Assembly: GCA_046290465.1 (NCBI GenBank)
Contig: JBKAGP010000001.1
Span: 4,992,001 to 5,056,000, forward strand
DNA from: Planctomycetota bacterium
GTDB lineage: Bacteria; Planctomycetota; UBA1135; UBA2386
Direction of reading: 5' to 3'
Length of the DNA stretch: 64,000 nucleotides
Below, one piece after another: positions 17,476 through 26,730 of this stretch; the stretch's first letter is position 1, and every line of letters begins with the position of its first letter. The translations under genes were made by a program, and so were the position numbers. The notes beneath the pieces are model-generated. The model made no database searches. It was not told the DNA's origin and saw only the letters and a list, made by a program, of their open reading frames with translations.

Positions 17476-20274
17476 ATGAAGACTCCTGTACGCAGGTTGG
17501 CGGTCCGTGCCGCGTCCCTGGCCATGGCCGGGGCGGTGCTGGTGCTGTCGATGTTCCCCGCTTCTTGCGTCGACCAGCAGGGGCGCGAGGCGTCCGTGGC
17601 GTCGGCCGAGTCCTGCATGCGCTGCCACAACGGCTCGCTGCACGACGACTACGCCGGACCCGGCCTCGAGAACCCGCACCCGTTCCCCGGTGATGCCGAG
17701 ATGCTGCGCTGCACGGCGTGCCACGGCGGCAACCCCAATGGCGCCGACGCGGCCACCAGCCACGTGCCGCCGCCGCCGTCGATCGGGGACCGTGACTTCC
17801 AGGATCAGAACGCGCAGGCGTACTTCAACAAGCTGACGCTCGCGGGCATCGACAAGGTCGACGACTACGAGGTCGACGGCGTCACCTACACCGGCCTGCA
17901 GTACCTGCAGTTCCTCAACCCGTCCGACCTGCGCGTCACCAGCATCGGCCAGGGCTGCGGCGAGTGCCACCAGCCGCACGCGACCGCGTCGATCCGTTCG
18001 CCGATCGGCAGCGAGATGGGCATCTTCTCGGGCGCCTTCTACGCGGTCGGCATGGCCAACGCGATCGCCGCGCACCAGGGACTGTTCGAGGACACGGCCG
18101 CCGACTACGGCTGGCGGGCGGTCGTCGATCCGGCCCACGTGCACGATCCCAACGCCGACGGCAAGGTCGGCGAACTGCTCGAGGCGCCGGTCTGGAGCTC
18201 GCGCGAGGACCAGGGCCCGGACTTCCTGTTCCGCAACCAGGACTTCGTCGTCGCCAACCTGGTCAACGACGTCAACGCCGACGGCTCGGTGGTCAGCGGC
18301 TCGCGGCTGGCCAAGCTCTACCAGGAACAGGTCGCGTTCACCTGTGGCGACTGCCACCTCGGCAGCAGCGGCGCCAACAACCGCTACGGCGACTTCCGGC
18401 CGTCGGGCTGCGCGGCGTGCCACATGCCGTACAGCCTCGACGGCCGCAGCCGCAGCCAGGACCCGAACGTGCCGAAGTTCGAGCCGCTCGACCCGGACGA
18501 CATCGACGACCCCGAGCGCGCCCACGTGCGTTCGCACCGGATCCGTTCGGTGGCGCGCACGCTGACCAACGGCACGCAGGTCGAGGGCATCGACGACTAC
18601 ACCTGCGCCGGCTGCCACCAGGGCAGCAACCGCATGGTCATGCAGTACTGGGGCATCCGCCTCGACCAGAACCAGGACGTTCGCCGCGGCCACCAGTACC
18701 CGGCCAACCCGGTCGACTTCGAGACCACGCGCAACGACACGCGCCTGTTCGACCCGCAGGTCGGCAACAACACGTTCAACGGGCGCAACCACCGTCAGTA
18801 CCTCCTGATGGAGGACTACGACGGCGACGGCCGTGACGACACGCCGGCCGACGTGCACTACGACGCGGGCATGGGCTGCGTCGACTGCCACGGCACCGTA
18901 GACCTGCACGGCGACGTCGCCGCGGCCAACAACGGCGACATCGTCAGCCGCATGACGCACGCCGTGACGATCAAGTGCGAGGACTGCCACGGCTCGGCGA
19001 CGGCCTACGCGCCGACCACGGTCGGCGAGAACTACGACGGCGAGACCGTCACGCTCGCGGTCGACAGCGCCGGCAACCCGCTGCGCCACGTCGAGGTGGA
19101 CTCGAACGGCGACTACTGGCTGACCAGCAAGGTCGACGGCCGCCGCCACTACGTCTCGCAGACGCTCGACGTGATCGTCGACAACGGCCGGACCAACCCG
19201 GTCACCGGCACGCCGATCTACACGCAGCACGGCTCGTTCGCGATGGGCCGCGACGACAACGACCCGGCGACCGGCATCGGTTCGCAGCAGACCGGCAGCC
19301 CGCACGCCGGCTTCAGCCACATGGACTCGATGCACTGCGCGTCGTGCCACAGCGCCTGGAGCAACTCGTGCGTCGGCTGCCACCTCGAAGGCGAGTACAA
19401 CGAGGGCAACAACTTCAGCAACATCACCGGCGAACGGATCGCGTTCCGCGAGCGCTTCGCCGAGTTCGTCTACCAGTCGCCGATCCCGTTCACGCTCGGC
19501 ATCGGGCCGGACAACGACATCCGCACGACCGCGGCCAACACCAAGGTGTTCTTCCGCTACCGCGACATCAACGGCGACCGCACGCCGGTGTTCGCGTTCT
19601 CGGACCGCAACGGCCAGGGCGGCAACACGGTCGCGCGGCCGACGCCGTCGCTGGGCCACAACGCGCTGATGGCGCACTCGATCCGCGGCCGCGTCAGCGC
19701 GACCAACGAAGGGCCGCGCTCGTGCGTCGCGTGCCACCTGACGAACGACGCGATCACCAACTACGGCTCGCAATACGCGGCGTTCCGGACGGCGCTCTAC
19801 GCCAACGACTACGGCAACCTCGACTACAACCTGCTCAGGCAGCACATCGGGCAGAACCCGGGTAACCAGCTCGACTCGCCGTTCTTCGTGCACATGGTCG
19901 CGGGCCTCGGCACCGGCCTCTACCTGTTCGACCAGAACGGCGCCGCGCAGAACCCGCTCGACGACAACGACGATCGCTACGGCAGCGACGGCGCTGCGCC
20001 GAACACCTACTTCAACCCGGCCGACGTGCGTTACGACCTCGACCGCGTGGTCGAGACCAACGGTGTCGCCAACGGCTCGAGCAGCATCCCGATGAACCAG
20101 CCGTTCCTCGGTCCGCTGCGCCGCGACGGGGCGCTCGACCCCAACATGACCGGGCCGCTCGGCACCACGCTGGCGCTGCGCCTGGCTGACCCGGCGACCG
20201 GCATCGTGCTCAACAGCTGGGTGGACGCGGACCGCACGGTCAAGGGCGACGCGAGCAACGTGATCGATCCGTAG
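17476..20274 (+). CDS. Large 11-heme cytochrome c, probable lipoprotein (932 aa)
   Basis: 11 CxxCH counted; signal peptide ending PASC; acidic, Asn/Asp/Gly-rich inter-heme regions. Confidence 0.9.
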   Translation: MKTPVRRLAVRAASLAMAGAVLVLSMFPASCVDQQGREASVASAESCMRCHNGSLHDDYAGPGLENPHPFPGDAEMLRCTACHGGNPNGADAATSHVPPPPSIGDRDFQDQNAQAYFNKLTLAGIDKVDDYEVDGVTYTGLQYLQFLNPSDLRVTSIGQGCGECHQPHATASIRSPIGSEMGIFSGAFYAVGMANAIAAHQGLFEDTAADYGWRAVVDPAHVHDPNADGKVGELLEAPVWSSREDQGPDFLFRNQDFVVANLVNDVNADGSVVSGSRLAKLYQEQVAFTCGDCHLGSSGANNRYGDFRPSGCAACHMPYSLDGRSRSQDPNVPKFEPLDPDDIDDPERAHVRSHRIRSVARTLTNGTQVEGIDDYTCAGCHQGSNRMVMQYWGIRLDQNQDVRRGHQYPANPVDFETTRNDTRLFDPQVGNNTFNGRNHRQYLLMEDYDGDGRDDTPADVHYDAGMGCVDCHGTVDLHGDVAAANNGDIVSRMTHAVTIKCEDCHGSATAYAPTTVGENYDGETVTLAVDSAGNPLRHVEVDSNGDYWLTSKVDGRRHYVSQTLDVIVDNGRTNPVTGTPIYTQHGSFAMGRDDNDPATGIGSQQTGSPHAGFSHMDSMHCASCHSAWSNSCVGCHLEGEYNEGNNFSNITGERIAFRERFAEFVYQSPIPFTLGIGPDNDIRTTAANTKVFFRYRDINGDRTPVFAFSDRNGQGGNTVARPTPSLGHNALMAHSIRGRVSATNEGPRSCVACHLTNDAITNYGSQYAAFRTALYANDYGNLDYNLLRQHIGQNPGNQLDSPFFVHMVAGLGTGLYLFDQNGAAQNPLDDNDDRYGSDGAAPNTYFNPADVRYDLDRVVETNGVANGSSSIPMNQPFLGPLRRDGALDPNMTGPLGTTLALRLADPATGIVLNSWVDADRTVKGDASNVIDP

Positions 20275-20294
20275 CGCCGGCTACGGTCGATCAC
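20260..20294. terminator. Strong hairpin at the end of the cytochrome operon, between convergent genes
   Basis: GTGATCGA-T-CCGTAGC [GCCG] GCTACGG-TCGATCAC; no clear U-tract. Confidence 0.5.
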
Positions 20295-20327
20295 CGCACG
20301 CCCACTCGGCCGTCGAGGCCGAACGGC

Positions 20328-20705
20328 TCAGGGCTGCCGTCCGCCCATCGACACCTGGAAGCCGCGATCGCTGCGCACCGTGTACTGCACGGTCGCGTCG
20401 TCCTCGGTCACCGAGAACCGGATCGCGAGCTTGCGGGTGTTGGCGTCCCAGCGCGCCTCGCGGCCGCCGGGCTTCAGCACCCCGGTCGCGGTGACGCTCG
20501 GCGACATCGCCTGCCACGCGACGTCGGCCGGCCCCTTGCTCCACACCTCGACCTCGACGTCGATCGGCTCGGGTGCCTCGAACTGCAGGTGGATCGGGTG
20601 GCCGGCGCGGACCTGCATCGAGCCAGCGGTGCGGTGGTAGCTGCAGCTGCAGAACGCGGCGAGGGCCAGCAGCGCGGCGGCGCGGACGACGGGGTGGTTG
20701 CTCAC
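20328..20705 (-). CDS. Small hypothetical lipoprotein (125 aa)
   Basis: GTG start overlaps the stop of the DTW gene; signal peptide AAALLALAAFCSC; beta-rich body. Confidence 0.65.
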   Translation of the reverse strand: MSNHPVVRAAALLALAAFCSCSYHRTAGSMQVRAGHPIHLQFEAPEPIDVEVEVWSKGPADVAWQAMSPSVTATGVLKPGGREARWDANTRKLAIRFSVTEDDATVQYTVRSDRGFQVSMGGRQP

Positions 20706-21865
20706 TCCGCCATCGTATCCTGCAGCGTGCGCAGCCAGCGAGCGACGGCCAGCGCGTTGGCGAGTCGACGGCCGGCCCGACCCCGGCACGGGATCGTCGG
20801 CAGGCTCAGGCCTTCGCGCTCGACGACCTGTTCGAGCAGGCCCGAGTTGTGCTGCACCTTGTTGCAGTAGCTCGCCTTCAGCAGCGTGTGCTCGAACGTC
20901 GCGGGCAGCACGGCGCGGCCCCAGGCGAGCGTCGTCGGGGTCCAGCTGGCGAACGGCGTGCCCGGCGGGGCGAACGCCTCGAACCGCCGGCGCGCGGCGG
21001 CGATCGGCTCGCCGTGCTCGAGCGCCGCGCGCGGCACGTCCATGTGGAACAGGTGCTCGTCGCTCGGCGGCGTGCGCTCGGGGCGGATCACCGCTTCGAA
21101 CGTCTCGCCGCTGTCGACGCGCGCCGCGACCCAGTGCAGCAGTTCGCGTTCGGTGTCCGGCGGCTCGTCCGGCAAGAGCGGCGCGGTCTCGGCGTAGCAG
21201 ACGACCACGCGCGGGTCGTAGAGCAGCCGGTCGATCGCCTTCGGTTCGCGGCGCCGTGCGCTGCGGAAGCGGCTGACGCGGCGCGACGAGCGGTGCTGGA
21301 TCTGCCGGTCGATCATCCCGTCGAACGCGCGCAACAGCTCGTCGAGGTGCTGATGGTCGGGCTCGACGATGCGCAGCGCCTCGACGATCGCCTCGATGGT
21401 CGAGATGTACTCGGGCTTGGGCTCGCGGCGGATCCGGTAGTTGCTCGGCGCCGACGGCTGCAGCTTGACGTGGCGGCGGTCGTGCAGCCACGCGTTCTCG
21501 CGGTAGAGCCGCCTGGCGTGGCTCCAGGTGCCGTCGATGACGATCAGCGTCGACGGCCACTCCGAGGACGGCAGGTCGGCGAGGTCGTCGGCGTCGCGGT
21601 GCGGAAACAGCACCGCCGCGTCGTCGGGCACCTCGACGCGCTGCTCGAGCGTGCCGGTGAAGCCGGGGGTCGGGACGTGCACCGACGCGTTGGGCATGCA
21701 CAGCTTGACCAGCCGCGCCGTGCCGAACGGGTGGCTGCGTTCGTGGGGGTGCTGCAGGACCACCAGCCGGGTGCGGGTGTCGACCGACGGCAGGCCTTCG
21801 CAGTAGCACAAGGCCTCTGGGCGCAGGCAGCGCAGGCAGCGCGGGGGCGGGGCTGGATCGGACAC
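20702..21865 (-). CDS. DTW-domain tRNA-uridine aminocarboxypropyltransferase (TapT/DTWD2-like) with C-terminal extension
   Basis: CxxC…CxC, LQHPHE, IDGTWSHA, YRIRREP, STIEA. Confidence 0.85.
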   Translation of the reverse strand: MSDPAPPPRCLRCLRPEALCYCEGLPSVDTRTRLVVLQHPHERSHPFGTARLVKLCMPNASVHVPTPGFTGTLEQRVEVPDDAAVLFPHRDADDLADLPSSEWPSTLIVIDGTWSHARRLYRENAWLHDRRHVKLQPSAPSNYRIRREPKPEYISTIEAIVEALRIVEPDHQHLDELLRAFDGMIDRQIQHRSSRRVSRFRSARRREPKAIDRLLYDPRVVVCYAETAPLLPDEPPDTERELLHWVAARVDSGETFEAVIRPERTPPSDEHLFHMDVPRAALEHGEPIAAARRRFEAFAPPGTPFASWTPTTLAWGRAVLPATFEHTLLKASYCNKVQHNSGLLEQVVEREGLSLPTIPCRGRAGRRLANALAVARWLRTLQDTMAE

Positions 21866-22013
21866 GAGCGACCGGAGTCTAGCCCGCGAACCTCGGCAAC
21901 AACACGTCGGCGCGGGGCCGAATCGCGCGGTCGGGCGTACGCGGTTCGGCCGTCCGTCGTGCCGGTCTGCAAACTCGTCGTGACCGGTGTCGGCGGTGCG
22001 CTACGTTGCCGCC

Positions 22014-23708
22014 ATGCGTCGTATCGCCAGCGCCTGGTTCCTGTTGTTGGTCGTATCCGTGTGCCCCGGCATCCTCGTCGGCCAGGATCCGGGGGCCGGG
22101 CAGGCGGGCGGGACCGGCCCGGAGCAGCAGCAGGAGGGCAGCCAGGAAGGGCCGCAGCAGGCAGCTACGCTCGACCAGGACACCCGCGACGCGCTCGCCA
22201 ACCTGGCCGAGCAGCTGGTCAAGGACCGTGCGGCGCTGGCGCAGGCGCGGAGCGAGGGCAAGAGCGACGAGGTCAAGCGCCTGACCACGGTGATCGAAGA
22301 TGCGGAGGCGGAGTTCGCCAAGCTGACCGCGCGCGTCGACGTCAAGCACTACCAGGGCGGCGCCAAGGCCAAGTTCGACCTGCAGCAGGAGATCGAGGAG
22401 ATCCTGCGACCGTTGATGCGTCTGCTCAGCGACGCGACCGAAGGGCCGCGCGAGCTCGCCGAACTGCGCGCCGAGCTCGAACGGGTGACCGCGAAGAAGC
22501 GCATCGCCGAGAAGGCCAAGGCCAACGTGCTCCGGGTCCGGGACGCGTTGGCGCCGGATTCGCCGGCAAGGGCCGAGGCCGAGCGCGAACTGGAGGAGCG
22601 CTGGGACCCGGAGCTGAAGCGGCTCGGTAGCGAGATGCTCGTGCTCAACGCCTCGATCACCCAGCTCGAGGAAGGGCGCGAGTCGATCTGGGAGACCGTC
22701 GGCGACAACACGCGGGACTTCGTCGGTGGCGAGGGGCTCAACCTGGTGATCTGCGTGGCGGTGTTCACGCTGACGTGGCTGCTGGTCGGCTTCCTCGGGC
22801 GCCGCCTGCTCAAGCTGCGGCCGCGCGGCAGCTTCTCGCGCCGCCTCGGCGAAGTGCTGCTGCGCCTGGTCGCAGGCGTCACCGCGATGGTGACGACGTT
22901 GGCCGTCATCTACGCGCGCGACGACATGCTGCTGCTGGCGATCGCGTTCGTGGTGCTGATCGGGTTCGGCTGGGTCGTCATCAAGGCCGCGCCGCAGTTC
23001 CTCGACCAGATCCGCCTGGTGCTCAACGTCGGCGCCGTGCGCGAGGGCGAGCGCATCCTGATCGACGGGTTGCCGTACCGGGTCGAGTCGCTGCGCTTCT
23101 TCTCGTGGCTGAAGAACCCGCTGCTGCAGGGCGGCAACCTGCGCATGCCGCTCAAGGACCTGCTCGACAAGCGCTCGCGCCCGCTGGCCAAGGACGAGCC
23201 GTGGTTCCCGTGTGCGCAGGGGGACGTGGTCGCGCTCAGTGACGGCACGATCGGCGTCGTGCACCTGCAGACCCCCGAGGTCGTGACGATCTCGATGCGC
23301 GGCCAGCCGCAGCAGCACATCCCGACGCTCGACTTCCTCGAGATGAAGCCGCGCAGCTTGTCGGACGGGTTCGAGATCCGCGTGATCTTCGGCGTCGACT
23401 ACGGCCACCAGCAGGACGTGCTGACGGCGGTGCCGTCGAAGCTGGCCGACGCGATCCAGCAGCGCATCGCCGAGGACGAATCGTCCCAGCACCTGAAGGC
23501 CGTCAAGGTCGAGCTCAACAGCGCCGGTTCGAGCTCGCTCGACATGATCGCGCTGGTCGCCTTCGAGGGCGAGGCGGCGCTGCGCTACTACCCGCTGCTA
23601 CGGCGCATCAACCAGGCACTGGTCGCGGCGTGCAACGAACACGGCTTCGGCATCCCGTTCCCGCAGCTGACGGTGCACGGCATCGGCGAACGGGGCATGG
23701 AGGAATAG
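22014..23708 (+). CDS. MscS-family mechanosensitive channel with a large periplasmic coiled coil
   Basis: Signal peptide, coiled coil, 3 TM helices, FGVDY, C-terminal GIPFPQ. Confidence 0.75.
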   Translation: MRRIASAWFLLLVVSVCPGILVGQDPGAGQAGGTGPEQQQEGSQEGPQQAATLDQDTRDALANLAEQLVKDRAALAQARSEGKSDEVKRLTTVIEDAEAEFAKLTARVDVKHYQGGAKAKFDLQQEIEEILRPLMRLLSDATEGPRELAELRAELERVTAKKRIAEKAKANVLRVRDALAPDSPARAEAERELEERWDPELKRLGSEMLVLNASITQLEEGRESIWETVGDNTRDFVGGEGLNLVICVAVFTLTWLLVGFLGRRLLKLRPRGSFSRRLGEVLLRLVAGVTAMVTTLAVIYARDDMLLLAIAFVVLIGFGWVVIKAAPQFLDQIRLVLNVGAVREGERILIDGLPYRVESLRFFSWLKNPLLQGGNLRMPLKDLLDKRSRPLAKDEPWFPCAQGDVVALSDGTIGVVHLQTPEVVTISMRGQPQQHIPTLDFLEMKPRSLSDGFEIRVIFGVDYGHQQDVLTAVPSKLADAIQQRIAEDESSQHLKAVKVELNSAGSSSLDMIALVAFEGEAALRYYPLLRRINQALVAACNEHGFGIPFPQLTVHGIGERGMEE

Positions 23709-23876
23709 CCTCGGAGCGTTGCCCGGGTCGGGTCGGCGAACGGCCCGTGGCAGGGCCGCTGGCGCGAGCTTGCGACATCTTAATGTGCCTGGTTGCCGCA
23801 ACCGGTCCCGGCTGTCGGACTAAGGGGGATCCAGTCGCGTGGAGGGGGCGGTGCCCCCGGCCGGCTGCCCCCGTTG

Positions 23877-25274
23877 ATGACGGCCCTCCCCGCAGCCTCG
23901 ATCGAACCGCACGGACGCCGGCCCGGCGATCGCTCCCCGGCACCCGCCGCGCTCGCCGCCGGTCCGTCCCGGCGTCGGGGACGCGCGCTGCTGCTGCTGG
24001 TCGCCGTCGGTGGGGCCCTGCTGGTCGCCGAACTGCTGCTGCGGGCGTTCGACCTGCCGCGCATCGGCAGCCGCTTCGTCAGCGTCGACTACGACGCCGG
24101 CACGTTCGAGTTCGACCGCGAACTGCTGTGGCGGCTGGCGCCGGCGGCCGGCGTCGACGACCGCAACCGACTCGGCCTGCGCGGTTGGCTGCCGCCGGGT
24201 GGAGGGGACGGGGCCGGTCGAGGAGACGAGGCCGGTGGCGCGGACGGGGCCGACTACCGCATCGTCTGCGTCGGCGACTCCTGCACGTTCGGCACGGGGG
24301 TGCGCGTCGACCAGACCTACGGCGCGCGGCTGCAGCGGCATGCGCAGGCGGCCCTTGGCGGGAGGCCGGCGCACTGTGCGCTGCTGGCGCTGCCCGGCTA
24401 TTCGACCTATCAGGACCGGGTGCTCGTCGACCGCGTGCTGCCGACGGCGGCGGCCGACCTGGCCGTGTTCTACTGCGGCACGTGGAACGACTTCCTGCCG
24501 GCGCTGCAGCACACCGACGCGGCGTGGGCCGAGGCGTTCTCCGGCGGTCGGTGCCATCTCGCCGAACTGTTCTCCCGGGCGCTGCAGCCAGAACTCGGGG
24601 TGCAGGCGCAGCAGCTCGCCGAGGCCTTCGTGCGCGGCGAGCAGCCGCGGCAGCGCCGCGTGCCGCTGCCGCAGTTTCGCGACAACATGACGGCGATGCT
24701 CGAGGTCGCGCGGACCACGGCGCAGGACGTGCTGGTGGTGCTGCCGCCGCTGCCGGCCGACACGCGCGCGCGCTTCCCGATCGCCGACGACTACCGCCGC
24801 GGCTGCCGCGAAGTCGCCGAGCGGCTTTCGGTCGACGTGCTCGACGCGCAGCAGTTGTTCGACGGCTTCGTCACCGCGCTGCCGCCGACGTTCCGTCAGC
24901 ACGCGCAGCCCGACCGGCTGCTGTTCACCGACAGCGCCCACCCGAGCGCGATCGGCCACGCGCTGCTGGCCTGGCAGATCCAGGCGCGGCGCAGCGGTCG
25001 CACCGGGGGGCCGGCGGTGGCACCGACGCTGCGCGGCGGCTCGGTCGACGGCGTCGCGACGTTCGAGTGCTCACAGGTCGACGGCGCGCTCGGCTACGCG
25101 ATCTACTACACCTCCGAGGACGCGGAGCCGATCTGCGGCAGCTTCGAGGTGCGCGAGGCGCGCGCGCTGCGCGTCACGCTGCCGCCGGGCACGCGGTTCC
25201 ACGCCTGTGCACAGGCCTTCGACGCCAGTGGGGCCGGGCCGATGTCGGACGTGCTGGTGCTCGACGGCAACTGA
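23877..25274 (+). CDS. Membrane-anchored SGNH/GDSL hydrolase
   Basis: TM helix, NRLGLRG, VGDSCTFG, GTWND, DSAHP; start uncertain. Confidence 0.8.
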   Translation: MTALPAASIEPHGRRPGDRSPAPAALAAGPSRRRGRALLLLVAVGGALLVAELLLRAFDLPRIGSRFVSVDYDAGTFEFDRELLWRLAPAAGVDDRNRLGLRGWLPPGGGDGAGRGDEAGGADGADYRIVCVGDSCTFGTGVRVDQTYGARLQRHAQAALGGRPAHCALLALPGYSTYQDRVLVDRVLPTAAADLAVFYCGTWNDFLPALQHTDAAWAEAFSGGRCHLAELFSRALQPELGVQAQQLAEAFVRGEQPRQRRVPLPQFRDNMTAMLEVARTTAQDVLVVLPPLPADTRARFPIADDYRRGCREVAERLSVDVLDAQQLFDGFVTALPPTFRQHAQPDRLLFTDSAHPSAIGHALLAWQIQARRSGRTGGPAVAPTLRGGSVDGVATFECSQVDGALGYAIYYTSEDAEPICGSFEVREARALRVTLPPGTRFHACAQAFDASGAGPMSDVLVLDGN

Positions 25275-25334
25275 ACGTCGGGGCGACTGCCGTTGCGCGA
25301 CGGCCAGGACGTTGACCGCCCGGTCGGATGGGGC

Positions 25335-26681
25335 TCAGTCGGCGACGGCGAGGTGCATCGAGAGCGCGCCGCGCAGCAGCTCGGCATCGACCGGCTTGTG
25401 CAGCACGCCGTTGCAGCCGGCCGCGAGGCACTGCTCCTGACGTGCGGTCGATCGATCGCTGGTCAGGCCGAGGACCGGCGTGTCGGCGGTGCGTTCGCGC
25501 ACTTCGCGCATCGTCTGCGGGCCGCGCTGCGCGTCCGCGTCCATGTCGAGCAGCACCAGGTCGAACGTGCGTTCGTCCAGCAGGTGCAGGGCCAGTTCGG
25601 CGGTGGCGGCGACGGTGGTCTCGGCGCCGATGTCGTGCAGCAGCGTCGAGAACAGCTGCTGGTGGTCCTGCTGGTCGGTCATCAGCAACACGTCACCCTG
25701 CACACGATGCTCGCGCAGCGACGCGTCGGCGTCCGGCTGCAGCTCGGCCTCCATCAGCTCGACCTCCCAGTCGGGCGCGGCCTCGTTGGGCAGCGCGACG
25801 TGGAACTCGGTGCCGCCGTCGGGGCGCGTGGTCAGCTGCAGCGTGCCGCCCATCACCTTCGCCAGGCCGCTGGCGAGCGCGACGCCGAGGCCGTCCGGAT
25901 CCTCGAAGCCGGCGTGCACGTTGAGCAGCGCCAGATGCAGCCGGTCGTCGTCGGCGGACGCGCTGATGTCGACCGGTCCGATCGTGCACCGGTTGGTCGC
26001 GATCTGCAGCACGCGCGAGATCAGCTGGCGCACCCGCGACGGGTCGCCGACCACCCAGCGCGGCAGCGACGGCGACGGGTCGAAGCGCAGCTGCACCTCG
26101 CGTTCGCGGGCCAGCGGCATCATCTCGTCGATGCAGTTGGCCAGCACCTGGCGCAGGTCGTAGGTGTCGTGGGCCAGTTCGAGCTCGTCGTGCAGCAGGT
26201 CCTGGAGGTCCTCGATGTCGGCCATCGACGAGGCCAGCTGGCGGCCGTACGCGCGCAGTTGCTGCAGCCCGGCCGTCTGGTGTTCGCGGCTCTCGGCTGC
26301 GTCGATCGCCGCCAGCATGCTGGTCAGCGGGTTGCGCAGGTCCCGCATCGCCGCGGTCGGCGGCAGGGCGGTGGCCGCAGTGAGCGGTGCGACGACGGGG
26401 GCGGGGGCGCGCCCGGCAGCCGCCGGGGAGGCCTGGGTGGACCGCGCGCCGGCCTCGGCGCAGAGCCTCGCCAGTCCGATCGCGCACAGCAGGGCCGCCA
26501 GCGGCAGGGCCGTTCCCGATGGCATCGCGGCTTCGGCGAACAGCGCCGCGGCGGCGAGGATCAGCGACCGTCCGGCGAGGCGCAGCCGGCGCGGTTCGCA
26601 CCGGGTCAGTCCGACGCCGAGCATGGTCCACGCGAACGCGGCGCAGGCGGTCAGGATCGGTGCGAAGTCGACGTCGGCCAT
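25335..26681 (-). CDS. Degenerate hybrid histidine kinase (pseudokinase) with C-terminal receiver domain
   Basis: TM helices; H-box reads MRDLRNPL; GDPSRVRQ; shortened ATPase lid; receiver LVLLDM…LT…HKPVD. Confidence 0.75.
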   Translation of the reverse strand: MADVDFAPILTACAAFAWTMLGVGLTRCEPRRLRLAGRSLILAAAALFAEAAMPSGTALPLAALLCAIGLARLCAEAGARSTQASPAAAGRAPAPVVAPLTAATALPPTAAMRDLRNPLTSMLAAIDAAESREHQTAGLQQLRAYGRQLASSMADIEDLQDLLHDELELAHDTYDLRQVLANCIDEMMPLAREREVQLRFDPSPSLPRWVVGDPSRVRQLISRVLQIATNRCTIGPVDISASADDDRLHLALLNVHAGFEDPDGLGVALASGLAKVMGGTLQLTTRPDGGTEFHVALPNEAAPDWEVELMEAELQPDADASLREHRVQGDVLLMTDQQDHQQLFSTLLHDIGAETTVAATAELALHLLDERTFDLVLLDMDADAQRGPQTMREVRERTADTPVLGLTSDRSTARQEQCLAAGCNGVLHKPVDAELLRGALSMHLAVAD

Positions 26682-26730
26682 CGACGTCGTTATCGGCGGA
26701 TTCGCCCTGGTGCTGAATGCGGGCTGCCCC

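Noticed and set aside
23760..23773. Second sigma-54-like motif TGGCGCGAGCTTGC
   Set aside because: GG-to-GC spacing is one base short of the strict -24/-12 requirement.
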